Shown here: positions 37,917 through 52,502 of the stretch, in pieces
Numbering within the stretch: position 1 is the first letter of the stretch
How the letters are laid out: each line of letters opens with the position of its first letter
Made by a program: the position numbers and the translations under genes
Notes under the pieces: generated by a model
Told to the model about the DNA's origin: nothing
Seen by the model: only the letters and a program-made list of their open reading frames with translations
Database searches by the model: none
Assembly: GCA_023515725.1 (NCBI GenBank)
Contig: JALDTO010000246.1
Span: forward strand, 157,680-221,679
Source: Amoeboaphelidium protococcarum X5
Lineage: Eukaryota > Fungi > Aphelidiomycota
Direction: 5' to 3'
DNA length: 64,000 bases

Positions 37917-38190
37917 GATGATCGCTGCAAATTCGTTATTTTATTTCGAGGTGAAAATTCAATTGTTTTGACGTGCTGAGGAGATTCATTGATGGATGAA
38001 TGAACGACATCGCCTTTAAAATTAAGCGGGCGCGTCGGCGAATAATTAAATCATATTCCCCTAGTATGACTTTAGTGTACTACATGGGTGATAAAATGTT
38101 GGATTTTCTTGGTAAAGAATGTAGTGCTGTTAAGCTTGGTATTTAATGTTAGGTGGGTCACTGAAAACAGCAGTGAGGACACCAGAAGAT

Positions 38191-38224
38191 TGGGAAACAC
38201 AGCCCCGATGGGAAACACAGCCCG
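38191..38224 (+). repeat. 18-bp tandem duplication (TGGGAAACACAGCCC core, 2 copies)
   Basis: Read directly from the sequence, in intergenic DNA. Confidence 0.8.
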
Positions 38225-38720
38225 GATGAGCATACAAGCTCGGAGAGAAGACACAGCTTCCATTACTATTTTATTCACTCATAATAAGTCATGTTAATCG
38301 GTCCCTCTGGGAATGAGGGGCGTCTCCTTGATCACTCCTTGATGAACTCAACTTTTATAACCTTCGACACATTCCACTCGTCTAACATTTAACCTCAATG
38401 AGAAAGGGAAGTTTGATAATCAAGATCTGTGTCACTATCAGTGATCAGCCTATCATAAGAGGCTTTTCTCTAACTACATTGTTACACGACTAATCAGATT
38501 GCGTAGAATAACACAACTCTAATTCCAACATAAAAACACAGTTGCCGCTGATCCTAGAGTGTGCGTTTGAAGATAAGTCACACGCTGTACAGTGATTGGT
38601 GAGTTGCTGCTCTGACATCGTGCAAACCTGTACTCTCTGAAGGCCTGAAGATTGATGATCTGGTGTTCTCTTCTCCTGTCACAAAATCTCAAATTTACCA
38701 CTGTATCCATAAATATCCAA

Positions 38721-39584
38721 ATGAGACTGCAGATTGTGATTTTGTTGCTCACATTGCTTGCGCTGGCTGTCGCTCAATCTAACGCTAATAAAAAACCGAC
38801 TCCCCCTCCTGCTAAACCAAAAGCTTCTACCCCTCCGGCTAAACCAAAAGCACCTACACCTCCGGCTAAACCAAAAGCACCTACACCTCCGGCTTAACCT
38901 CAGAAATCTGCTGCTTCTCATACCCGTGCTCTAAAGTCTCCGAATGGACAATTTCCGGACTAGTCTGCAGCCCCTTCCAATTACGGGTCGGGCCCAGGTA
39001 GTAGTAGCGCGGGCGCTGGCAGTAGTTCAGGCGCCAGTAGTAGTTCGGGTGCAAGCAGTAGTAGTCAAGGTCACGCACATCATCAACGCAGACATAGGCA
39101 ACGTCACAGACCTAGAACTGCTGCTCCTCCTGGTTATAACGAGCAATATCGGAGACGAGATGGAAGAGTTGTTCCGTTACGACGTATGAGAATTCCTGAT
39201 ACGATTCCTGAAAATCCTCCACCTAGAGGCATTCCATCAGCGCTTTAGGATAAATTGAGACAAGAAGGCTGGACGGTTGCTGCAAATGGGAACCCGATAC
39301 CACCACCTAATTTCCAAATTCCAGGAAATGGCGGTTCCTCTGGATCGTCATCTCAAGGCACTAGCGCTCCTGCGCCAACCGTGGGCACTAATGCTGCAGG
39401 ATCATCCTCTGGTGCTAGATCCTCCCAAGGCACAACCCCTGTTGGATCATCCTCTGGTATGTCTCCAAGACTTCGGGCGCAATTACAAAGAGAAGGTTGG
39501 ACATTTCCAGAAAATGGTATGCCGTTACCGCCCCCTAACTTATTCCGTGACAATACTGAACTCCGTCGTAGAAGGATGGACTGA
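38721..39584 (+). CDS. Secreted S/G/P-rich repeat protein, paralog B (~287 aa)
   Basis: Signal peptide MRLQIVILLLTLLALAVAQ, 27-bp KPKAPTPPA repeats, and a C-terminal ~110 aa nearly identical to 33426-34277. Confidence 0.85.
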
Positions 39585-39630
39585 TCCACTGGAGTAGTTG
39601 AGACTGTCAATTCGGGTTTACGCGTAATGG

Positions 39631-39700
39631 TGTTTTAATTTTCATTCTAATTTAAGAATGATGTTTTATTTTCATTGTTATTTAAGAATGAAGTTTTAAT
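39631..39700 (+). repeat. Imperfect 30-bp tandem repeat
   Basis: tgtttta(a)ttttcatt...tttaagaatga, two copies plus a partial third. Confidence 0.7.
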
Positions 39701-39863
39701 CCCTAGTGTATGATTTTCATAATTGTGATTTTTGATGGATGAGCATGACTTTCCCACCTTTCTCTTTGACAACCTTTTTTATGGTTTAAGATAAATCATA
39801 CCACAAGTTACTTAAGAATTCATTCCATCAACCTTAGTAATCTGAATATAAAAATATACAACG

Positions 39864-40574
39864 ATGTCTGCTACTCACTGGATTCCGCTTGAGAGTAATC
39901 CTGAAGTTTTTACGAAGCTGACCCGAGATTTAACTGGGACCGACAGTTGCGAATGGATTGATATTTACACTTTGGATGAAGATATCGCTGATCTGTGTGC
40001 GTTGATATTCTTGTATGATGTCAGTGCTGAAGAAGAGTCTGCGTCTGATGTACCTGCACCTGGAAGTTAAGAATTCAATAATTACAGCGACTAATCAATC
40101 GAATCGCATATTATAGATAAAGATTTTCCGTACTATATGTATTAGACTGTGGGAAATGCTTGTGGAACTGTAGCCCTGGTGCACACATTGATTAACTAAA
40201 GCGACCTAATCTAAAGTTAGAACGAATCTGTGATTAAGCGCTTCCACTAGGAAACTTTATCCCTGATATGGTCAGAAAGAGCTGCTAGATTCGAGCATAA
40301 TTCAGATATCTCGAATATCCACAATAAATACGCGAGCGAAGGATAGACTGAAGCGCCAGCTGCTGATGCCGACATATCGCTGCATTTTGTCGCTTTTGTG
40401 CCCATATCTGGCACCATCTGGCAGTTGGATGGGCGTAATAAAAGTGGGCCATTTAAATGTGGTAGTATTGGGGGATCTTTTATGCTGTCCGCTGCGTCAG
40501 TTATTAAAGAGACCTTGATCAGTAAATCTGGATTCTCATTCTCCCTCCTCGGTTTAATACGTAAGCAATAGTGA
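39864..40574 (+). CDS. YUH1: Ubiquitin C-terminal hydrolase (peptidase C12, UCH-L/Yuh1-like)
   Basis: WIPLESNPEV, QTVGNACGT (Q = TAG 40143-40145), LHFVAFV, QLDGR. Confidence 0.92.
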
Positions 40575-40688
40575 TGATTTACTGACATGGGTATCATCTA
40601 TCTGGTGTCAGCATTAATAAATTCTGAAAAAACAAATTAGCATTGCCTGAATAAATTTCCTCTATTTCCAACAATCACTTAGTAGCAC

Positions 40689-42638
40689 TCATTTAGATTC
40701 AACTGATCGCCTAGCTTCCTAAATAGCCACTTCTATCGACATTCTATTCTTGATCATTGACAGCTTGGGCCAAGTATTACGCTGACCTCGATCAAAGAAG
40801 CGCTCCATCCTTTCTTTAGATGGATCAGTGAGGATGTGAAGATAATCGGACCAAGTCGCCCTGGGCAGAATAGTAAGTGATCCATCAAACTTTTGGAGAA
40901 ATACAGACGTCAATGCTCTGACAGACTTGAATCCATCCGGCAGGAGAGACAGATCACGAATGGTTCTTAACCACTTCACCAAGTCCAGTTTGATAGTGTG
41001 TTCCATATAACTAGCCAGGAATCCACCACGCCATCCTTTTCCGGAGCGATGTGCCGTAGGTCTTCCACTCGAGCCACGATGATCAAAGAAGAAGAGAACA
41101 ATATGTGGATTGACTTGACTCACAATGGTGTAGTTGACATGGAACATTTGATGAAGCGCGATGATCGGTACATCAATGCGTATAGATCCGTCCCTCCAGA
41201 ATGCGCCTTCTTCATCATAAGTTACGATTGTGCCATCAGGAAGTTTCCTCTTCAACTGCATCGGCGGGAGAATTCCGGGCACTGCTGAAGAGCACAGAAC
41301 GGCCGACCAAATGACAATATCAGGACTTGTCTTGTAATTCAGCAATTTCGCAGGTGAATGCTCTTCAATAGGAATGACACTGATATTCAGAATTCTTCCA
41401 GTCATTTCATAAGCTTCCAAGAATGTAGTGTCCCCTTTAGTGATGTACTAAATCTTCTCAATCCACACCAGCGGGTCAAATGCACTTCCATCAAGGCGCA
41501 ATCGCTTCATCATGGAAGACATTGTCTAATCACATGCAGTGAAGAAGCGATACAGATCTGGCGTTAATTCTTCAATTAACTCTAGGTCAGTGCGAACACA
41601 GGCGAATGACGCAATTAATGATCCGGCAGAAGTTCCCGCAATACATTTTGGGAGGATTTTATTCTCCAACAACACTTTGATGACTCCCAAATGATAGTAG
41701 CCGAGACAAGCACCACCAGAGAGACACAGCGCTGTACGACCATACGATTTGTCACATTTCTTGAAGAAGCGTTACTTCTATTCAATGCTCAATTAAGAAC
41801 TGTCTCTAACAGTGTTTAAAGATTAAACCACCTCCTCTACATGCTCATCGATACAATATTTCGTTCCCATGTAGCTTCTTGAATAGAGTGCAGAATTCTC
41901 AATACCACCTAGATTTGATTTAACGCCTCCATCTAACAATACTCTTTGTAATTGTCTGATAGCCTGTCCGCCATCATCTTACACTTGCAATTACTATACA
42001 ACATTGTTCACATTATTGCGCTTCGGTGGATCCACCTTCTGTCTATAAGTCATCAACAGACGCGTAATCCTCTTGATAAGTCTGTGATCATAAAAGGCAG
42101 ACTCTGGAACACTTTTCCATAGATCAGACTGCATGTACTTGTCCATCTCCCGAGCAACCAGCTACCATTACTCATAATTCTCAGCATTGTGCATCTAATC
42201 TCTCAGCCTCTTTTTAGTACCACGCCAAGCGAACAGATACTCATGTAAATTGACGTACTATCGCACCAAAATGTAAAGAACCAACTCAAACATCATTATC
42301 GCCAATACAATGATCAGCAAAGGATATTTTAATAGAGTATACGAAAGCCCCTCAGGCGCAGAATTACTGAATGTCTTCCTCTACTTGACACGACTTTTAT
42401 CATTAGAATAATCTTCATCATCCAAGTCGTCAGCGATAGGAGGCCCAACTTCATTCGCTGGCGACAGAGGTTGGAACTCGTCCTCCTGATGGGCAGCTTG
42501 AGCCAAATCATTCAAAGGATACTCATAGTTTTCATCAGCATCAGTAAATCTATCATCTTCACCGGCTGATGAGAATCTCAGAGACTGCTCACTTTCCTAA
42601 AAACCATCTTATGGGTACTACGGTTCAATAATTGACAT
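40689..42638 (-). CDS. Patatin-domain triacylglycerol lipase (Tgl3/4/5-like)
   Basis: YGRTALCLSGGACLGYYHLGV, GTSAG, WRDGS, VSQVNPH. Confidence 0.92.
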
Positions 42639-43018
42639 GTTCCTAAGTGCTAGTTATACCAATATATCACAGAACGCTAAATGACATTGTTGAAAGGAAA
42701 AGGAAAGATCTGATCGACTTTGAACGTGAAATTGCCGTGTGCCGTTTCACTTTGCTCTGAGTCACTTCTGCTTTGGAATAAAGGTACTCCTTGATCTCTA
42801 ATGATGTTTCATTTCGCGTGAATTTGTGATCATTGCGACCGTTTCAGGCATTCTGCTGTAGCTGGTCCAGTTAGTTCCCATTGGATCAAAGGTACCGGAT
42901 CAGAGATGCAATCAATCCAGTTGAAATCCAATTTCGATTGATCTCACTTCAATCGATTAAAATGCTTTTACTTTTTCTTATTCACTCTTTAATATATAAT
43001 CAACTCAAATCATAATAA

Positions 43019-43744
43019 ATGAAGATTTTCTGTCTGATTTTTGGTTTGGCCTGTGTCAGCGCGTTCAGCTCTCGTTCAGGCCTTTGCTTTGATGATCCCA
43101 ACTCGATGGAGAATGGGATGGGCGGGATTGATAATGCATTGTTGGAATTCACTCTGAGTGTAGACAGAGCTGAATATGGTCCTAATCAGTCGCTGGATAT
43201 TACTATTGGCAGCAATACTAATCAAACTGGTTTCAAGGGAATCTTGCTATACGCTCGTGTCGTCTCTGGAAAGTATCAACATGCACACGTTGGCTAATTC
43301 CAAATTGAGTCTGATTCTAATGCGAAAAAAGATTTCACAACTCTGGACAAGTAGTGTGAGAATTATGGTAGAGCAGGCAGTACTTTGAGTCACGCTAATT
43401 CTAATTTGAAGAAGCTGCCGATGGTCTTGACATGGATCGCTCCTGCTACTTAGGATCTTGGGGATCTGGAGTTTCGCGGCATCATAGTTGGCAAAGAGAA
43501 AACTAGTTGGATGACATTCACACCCGTGAAAATTCGAGGTAAAGACTCTGGCACCCCACAAGTTGAAACATCTGTGCCTCCTGTAGATGCAGATGGTAGA
43601 ACAGGGCACTCGATTGAGATTAATGCAACTTAGAATGACACTGAGAGCGCTTCTTAATCCGAGGCCTCTTCTACGATTTTGGGATCTGGTTTAAGTGGAA
43701 TCGGCGTCGCTATCCTGGTGATAAACTGGATGCTTTTGATTTGA
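43019..43744 (+). CDS. Secreted / GPI-anchored Reeler-domain protein
   Basis: Signal peptide, FKGILLYAR, HVGQF, TLSHAN, LTWIAP, EFRGIIV, and a hydrophobic C-terminal tail. Confidence 0.8.
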
Positions 43745-43978
43745 TATATCCAAGAAGCTGAATTGATGAGTAAAATCAGTTATGTGAACTGAATGAATGA
43801 TGAAATTACTTCCACTGTTGACTTTTATGCTTTGCGTCTATTTTTAACCAAAACGTCGCCAGCAGATCTAGAATGCCATGTTCAGTATGTGACTTATTTT
43901 TACCTTCTCACCGACAGTAATCAAATAAATAAATTGTCTGCTGCATTCATAAATTCCTGATATTAGCTGAATATCGAA

Positions 43979-45952
43979 ATGCATCCGCTTGGAATATTTT
44001 ATATATCATTCGCTTCCTTCTACGCTGTATTCGTCGCCGTGTCGTGTGTGATGTACTGGAGAAGCTGCCTTGGCGCGGAGTAAACTCAAAAGTTGAATAA
44101 TCAAGTTTCAAAGAGAAGTGGCAAATTGGGCATTCTCACATCTCTTGGTGGTGCTGCTCTGGTGATGATATCTGCAGTCGACACCTCCTTCAGCATCTCT
44201 GGCATTGGTCGCAGTTGTATCACGGTGATATTATTGACCAACATCGCTTATTTGGTGTCCATCGCAGCATGTACATCTCGTGGCGTCCGTCTTTTTGTCT
44301 AATATCGCATTAATTGCATTAAGGCAGACTTTCACAAGTACTAGCCAGCGGTCAATGATTTTACTAAACCTTTTAAGATTACACTGAGTGATCTGTGGCG
44401 TTTGAATGTAATTGGCGCCAAGGAGCTGGAACATCTTTCGCCTGACGATGCTTTTAAACTAATAACTTTCTACAAGCGTTATCTTGATGAAAATCTCTAC
44501 CTATATGGATGTGGTGTATATTTAATAGTTGGACTGCTTTTGTAGCTGATTGCATTTCTGTCTCTGGGCACCAAGTAGCAGGTGGCGATTGATTATTGCT
44601 CTCCGTAGAATCAGACCATCCTCTACATGCCATTGTATACCGCGGTTGGTTTGTCTATCTTTGTCGCGGTGCCAGTGCTGTTGTACTTCCTCCGTGATGT
44701 CAAAGATGCCTACAATATCCTGTCGTCTTTAAAGCTGTTCACTGTATTCGGTAGTCTAGCATTTGTCTACTACTTTATGGTAACTGAAGTCCCCATTCTG
44801 AAGAATATAGAGGTGCTTCGTTATATACCTGCGGACATTATAGGCTTAATTGCAGATATTGTGATTCACGTACAGATTATAGTCCGACCGTTTCTTCAAA
44901 ATCGGGGCGTTTATAAGCATCGGCGTGCACACTTTAATCTGAAAGCAATACCACAAGATTTTATGAAATGTATCGCTCATTAAGAGACTTATGAGATGTT
45001 GAAGCAGTGCACCGTAGAAGAGTTTTGCTCCGAAAATAGCTTCTTCTGGGAGCAATATCTCTCCCTTATGCAAAAGTCATATTTGGCCCTAATCGGTGCA
45101 TTCTTATCCGAGATTACAGGATTATCTCCAGACGTTCAAGAAATTATCCAAGATGACAAGTAGAGTAAGCGATAATCGTTCATGAATGCAATCAACATCT
45201 TTAAGGTGCCTTCAAATGGTTCGTCAGATAAGGCTCATACAGAGTTGGAGTCACGATTGCAGAAATTGAAAGCAGACTTCTCAAAGCCGTATAGTCGCGC
45301 TCTGATCGAGTACCTGATATCTGATGAAATTGCCTTCATCCACTCCAGTCATAAATCCAATAGTGATCTATCAGGCGTGACTTCTAATCCTGGTTCATCC
45401 ACAAGGTAAATCCCATTGGAGAGTCAGCCAACTCAAAGCTCTACCAACAAACAGTCGTCAGCTGGTGCGATGGAATTAAAAGAATCTCCAAACACGAATG
45501 CATCACGTCATCTACGCAAGGATTCTCCGTCACCATTGCAAGATCAAAGCCACGCTCATAATTGGAGAGCTACGTTTAAAAATTCTAACGTGCAAGCACC
45601 TCTCACAAGATAACTTGCCGTTGAGTTTGTTAGAATTTATCAAGAATTTCTGGTTGATTTGGCATAGTATCAATTGAACGTTCCGGCAGAGGTAATCTCG
45701 AAATTAATGCCAGTAATTGAGTAGATTCGAATGTATGCTGATTAGTAAACTGCTCAGCATTAACAGTTCTTCATTGGTATGAATGAAGAAGTGATTACTG
45801 AAGCGAACGGCAAAGTTATTATCCCCATCGGACTATACTATGAAGTCAATTCACACGTGCTAGATATGCTGTTTTCAAACACCTACCCAAGATTGGTGAA
45901 GAAGTAGCAATTTCAGACCACCTCTGTCCTACAAAGTATGAGTATCGCGTGA
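43979..45952 (+). CDS. 7TM-RGS receptor, copy 1 (~657 aa)
   Basis: About seven TM helices, then RGS EEFCSENSFFW ... IYQEFL..YQLNV ... VLDMLFSNTYPRL. Confidence 0.85.
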
Positions 45953-46253
45953 TTCCTTTGATTGAGTTATGACTTTTCGGTCCAAAAGTGTTACTCTTCA
46001 ATGAGATAATATGATCTTTCTTTCATATACATGATTTGTAATTGCTCTTGGAATTGGATGTAAATCTCAACGTTTGAATGTTGTAATCTAATCAGCAGTA
46101 TCGTCAGTCAGTCAGAGACTGTTTGCTTCATTGCAGGCGATCGCGCTTTGATCGTTCTCTTTTGATCTTTCTCTTTATGAGTACCACTTACTTTTCGTTG
46201 AAATCTCATATATATACTTTAAAAAGTAGATATTAAACTGCAGATTTGAAGCG

Positions 46254-47795
<1,542 letters not shown>

Positions 47796-48055
47796 TTAAT
47801 AGCTACAGTGAAATGACATTGAATAATCTACCAACAAGGCGCTTAATTATATTCGTACTTTGTTTAATATGTCATTTTAATGGTTGCATCTAGTTAAACT
47901 AATTTATATCATGCTCAACTCGATCTATTTTTAGACTTTGTAAACAACATCAACCTTTTTGCATATCAAAATGACAACTCCATTCTTCATTGTAAAATCT
48001 TGAAAGCTATTACGGTCATTGTCCATTCAAAATCAAGATACATATTGATTAAAGT

Positions 48056-50083
48056 ATGGGGTTATCGTTTGATATTTACACCGCGTTTGGTGTGCTTTTC
48101 GTAACATTCGTTATTGTGACTGACATGCTATTTTTCCAATGCTTTTCAACAAAAATATCATACATAGATTCCAGTAATGAACTATCTAAGCGCAATGGTG
48201 AGCTCGTTTTAATCTCCAGTGTCGGTAGTGCTGTGATTGTGTTGGCGACGTGTCTTGAGTATGGTAGTCTGATTGATGGAATGGGCATAAGCTGCTTTGC
48301 TACAAACTTGCTATTCAATATGGGATTTGCTGCATTCATTTGGCCTATTCCCTTGGGAAATGTTAGGATATTCATTCACTACAGATTGAATAGAATCAAG
48401 GCTGATTTTCTATAGTATCAGTAATCCATTGCTGATGCCGTGAAGCTGAAAGATCTCTCTTTGAAGGATATTATCAGACTCAACTTGATACCTAATGAAA
48501 AGTTGAGTGATCTGAGCCCAAATGATGCTCTGCTGCTAATCTCCCTTTACAAGAGGTATCAGAATCAACATTAGTATGTCGTGCTCTTTGGTTGGATTTG
48601 GCTTGTTCAAGTGATTTGCTTCGTTATTGCTGAACTTATCAGCATGAACATCTCCTCTCGTGATATTTGCACCTTCACCGGCAGAGTGTATCCGTACATC
48701 CCCATGTATATTGCAAATGCTCTTGTGATTTTTGTTATTGCTCCACTTCAAATTTACTTGCTCAGAGGCGTTTACGACGCGTATGGCATGATCAGAGGAC
48801 TTAAAGTTGGTATAATAGTTGGTGGCGTTGGATTCTCATATCTCTTCATTGGTCTTTCCGGTGTCCTTGATCAATCTGGAATATTCTTTAAATATTTTCT
48901 GCCTATGAATCCAGCTCTACTTGGATTTATTGTTATTCAGTATGAATTTGTACTACGGCCATACTTGATGTATAAAAAAGGATTCAACTTTAGTTACTCT
49001 AGCAGTAAACAGGTGGAGTACAACAAAAGCGGATTCATGCAAGTATTGTCTTCTGTCGATATGTACGAGAATTTAAAAGCATGTGCAGTTGAAGAATTCT
49101 GTTCTGAGAATACTCTCTTCTGGGACAACTACTTTTAATGGATGCAAAAAGGCCATTTGCTGCTGATTAAAGAGTTGATTGTGTAGCTATCAGCTGAGGA
49201 TAAACAGTCTGGTACATTGCCCAGGAGGCTGGCTAAAACTACCACAGGCTTAAGTGTCATTTCCAATATTTTGTCTACTGTCAGCAAAAGCTCAGCTGGA
49301 TAAAGTCTTTAATAGACTGAAGCAGGTTCACGCGTAAAATAAATGCAAGTTCTTTACGAATAGTATCAAAAGCCTCTTAGTTAGCAGCTGGTAAAATTTC
49401 TCATCTCGAATGATGGTGACAACTCGCAGTTTACCACTACATCCATTAGTGGTAAAGTGACATGTGAAAGCATCAACTCTAATAATTAGCAAGAATAGGA
49501 GGGCCCGTAAAATCCAAATGTACTCAATACTGCCATTATAGAATCTAAAGTATCAGCGGACGCGTCACAGTAAAGTCACGAATAAATCATTGCAGGCAAT
49601 GCGTCGCCTCATGAACTTACAGTGTAGGCGACTACCGATGGATCAGTTGCTGGTTTGAAAACTAATCGGGTAAGATCTAAAATCAAGACTGAAATGCCAA
49701 TCGAACTGCAAAAGATTATGATTAGTATCTATGATGAGTTTATTGCAGAGGGTGCTCCGTTTCAATTGAACGTCCACGTTGAGTAACTAGACGGTATGCG
49801 AAGAGTTGTCGAAGTCTTGCGTTAGATACACTAATCTGAAGATGAGTCTTAGAGATGCACTGTCTACCTTGAGATGTTTGAAGATTTATCCGAATTTCAG
49901 GATATTCAGCAGGACTCTAGCACTACGATAACAATACCATTGAATTTGTACCAAGACGTAGCTAGCTCAGTGCTTGAAATGCTCTACACCACAACGTACA
50001 TTCGCCTTGCAAAGAAGCTCTAACACTCTAACATTTCTCGAAAGTCTTTGCCGCGTAAAGTTTTGTAAAGTGATGTTGTTTGA
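48056..50083 (+). CDS. 7TM-RGS receptor, copy 2 (~675 aa)
   Basis: 7TM plus EEFCSENTLFW ... IYDEFIAEGAPFQLNV ... VLEMLYTTTY. Confidence 0.85.
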
Positions 50084-50354
50084 ACATGTGTATTCCATCC
50101 TTAACTGTCTCTGTAGTCTTAAGTATTTTCTGGCAGTTTTAATTATCAGGCCTAGTCCACTTTGCCTTAAGAACATTCTGACAGTTTAATCACTTGTACA
50201 CAGTCCACTTTGCTTGAATCAATAACAAATTGTCAAAAGATGCGCTAAAAATAACTCTAAATTAGATTACGTTAATTTACCACCACAACGGTGCGAGCAT
50301 ATAAGACATTTATTTCCCATCAACACAGTTGTGAATAATACATCCTAATACACA

Positions 50355-52178
50355 ATGGAGCTTGCTTTGGCCCTGTATCTGGCATTTGCATTAGCAACGA
50401 GTACATTTTATCTAATAACCACTGGCATCTATGTGATATACTATGCGAAATCTCTGAAAATGGAAGAGTTTGACAAGAAGAGTGGCCGCCTGGTTGTTTC
50501 ATTTATTGTCGGTGTCACTGTGCTGACATTGGCAGACTCAATAGGAAATGGTTTGAAGCTGGTTGGTGCAACAGAATCTAGCTGCTTTCAACAGTTGTTT
50601 TGGAATAATATCGGCTATAACTTGGCAATTTCCAGTCTTGGTGCTAGGGCAGTGAGATTGCTGGTTTAGTATCGCCTGAGCTTGATGCGAGCCGCCAAAG
50701 TTGAAACAAGTGACAACGCGTCTGATTTACCATAATTCAACGATATTGAAGGTCCACTAGGAGCTAAAGATGCGATTTCATGGCACTAGGCAATTCGTTA
50801 TTTCTTTATCAGCACTGCTCAGATTGGTAAACTGGGCTCCAAAGACTCTGCGTAAGCCATTGCTCTGTACAGCCGCTATCTGAACGAATGGATCTACTTG
50901 AGATCCATTTTCGTCTATGTCTGTCTTTTACCTGTAATTTATCTGATTCTATATTTTGTAAGAGCTAATGATCCTTTATTTAGCGTTTGTCGATTTAGTG
51001 ATGCTGCAACCGTTCAGCTACCTCTGTATCTGATGCTTGCTCTGTTTTTGTTCGCCTTCAGTCCTGTTATGGTGGTGCTGCTAAGAGGAGTTCAAGACAT
51101 ATATGGTATTCGTAAATCACTGTCGTTGCAGGCAATTGTGGGCGGAAGTACATTTTTGCTGTATTTTGTTCTATCTGCCAGCCCTCTGTCTCTACTTCCA
51201 GTATTCTTCTACTTCAAGCCTGTTATGTTTGCGTTGATTGGCGTGTTTATCATGCATTTCGAACTGATAGTTTTGCCTTTAATTCGCATCGCGTATGGAC
51301 GTAAATCATAGTCTGACAATGTGAAAGTGTAAAGAGACTTTTCGCAATGCTTATCAGATCCCAAGATGTATGAACAGTTGAAACAGTTATCAATCGAAGC
51401 TTTCGCTAGCGAGAATGTCAGATTTTGGGAAGATTATCTATCGTTGATGTAAATGTGTTACTACAAGATGCTCGATGAAGTGATAAATAGTTTATCTTAA
51501 GATCAACTTGCATCTGATACTCTGACGCGTCGTACCTCCACTATCGGATCAAAGCTGGCACAAGCATTCAGCAGACTGACTGACAAGTCAAACAACTCTG
51601 CTGGAAGTGATGCTTAGTTTCTTGAAAGATTGAAGAAGTTGCGTTTTGATTTATCAGTCGTTTTTAATCCGGTGCTGATTCGTTATATGAGTAAGAGAGA
51701 GCCTTAGCGGACTGCAGTATTGGCTTCGAATGGTTCACCAAGCGTAAAGGATATGAATGTGAGCGCTGATTAAGCCAGCGTCATAAGTGGTTCCAGCTCT
51801 CTGCAAAGCAAAAGTTCTGATCCGTTATCGATATTGGCCGAACTTGACTGCAATGTTGAAATCGACGCTGTAATTAGGCGAAAGCTGATCTAACTGTACG
51901 AGAAATATATGGACAAGGATGCTTCATATCAAATCAATGTGGCACAGTCTACGGTGCAAAATGTTGCTCGCGTCTTAAAGAAGATCAAAGCTGGCGATTA
52001 CACGAGTATTGACTTGAAACCTTCAGTGAATCGTGTGCTTAATGATGAAGATGCAACAGTGTTGAATATTGCACCTTTCGACAAGGTTAAGGAGGATGTT
52101 CTTGAAATGATAAGAACTAATATCTACTCAAAGTTGTTGGTCAACAAAAGTGGTGATAAATTGCAAGAAGTTGCGTGA
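50355..52178 (+). CDS. 7TM-RGS receptor, copy 3 (~607 aa)
   Basis: 7TM plus EAFASENVRFW ... LYEKYMDKDASYQINV ... PFDKVKEDVLEMIRTNIY. Confidence 0.85.
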
Positions 52179-52502
52179 ACACAGTGGAATATAAGATCAT
52201 TATACGTTGAGTTGGGTTTTTTATGCACTACATTTGCACTTTACAAATAGTACAACAAAAAATATTGTACTTTAATTACGCTTTGTTCTTGACTTTAAAC
52301 AGCATGTGTAAATGTTATTAGTTTCTAAAATGCCTATTGCTTTTAAGCATCACCGATCCTCTGTGTATCCAAGGTAGCCATCTATTTTTATAAATCATCA
52401 ACAAAGAGGATCAAGCAGACTTTGACCCCCCCCCCCTGTCTTTTGCAATATTACACAAAGCTAGAAATTTAATTTGTATATTGGTGATTGTTATACAGAA
52501 AT

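Noticed and set aside
38060-38400. Possible small gene or ncRNA around the 18-bp duplication
   Set aside because: No credible ATG-to-TGA frame and no recognisable snRNA/snoRNA boxes.
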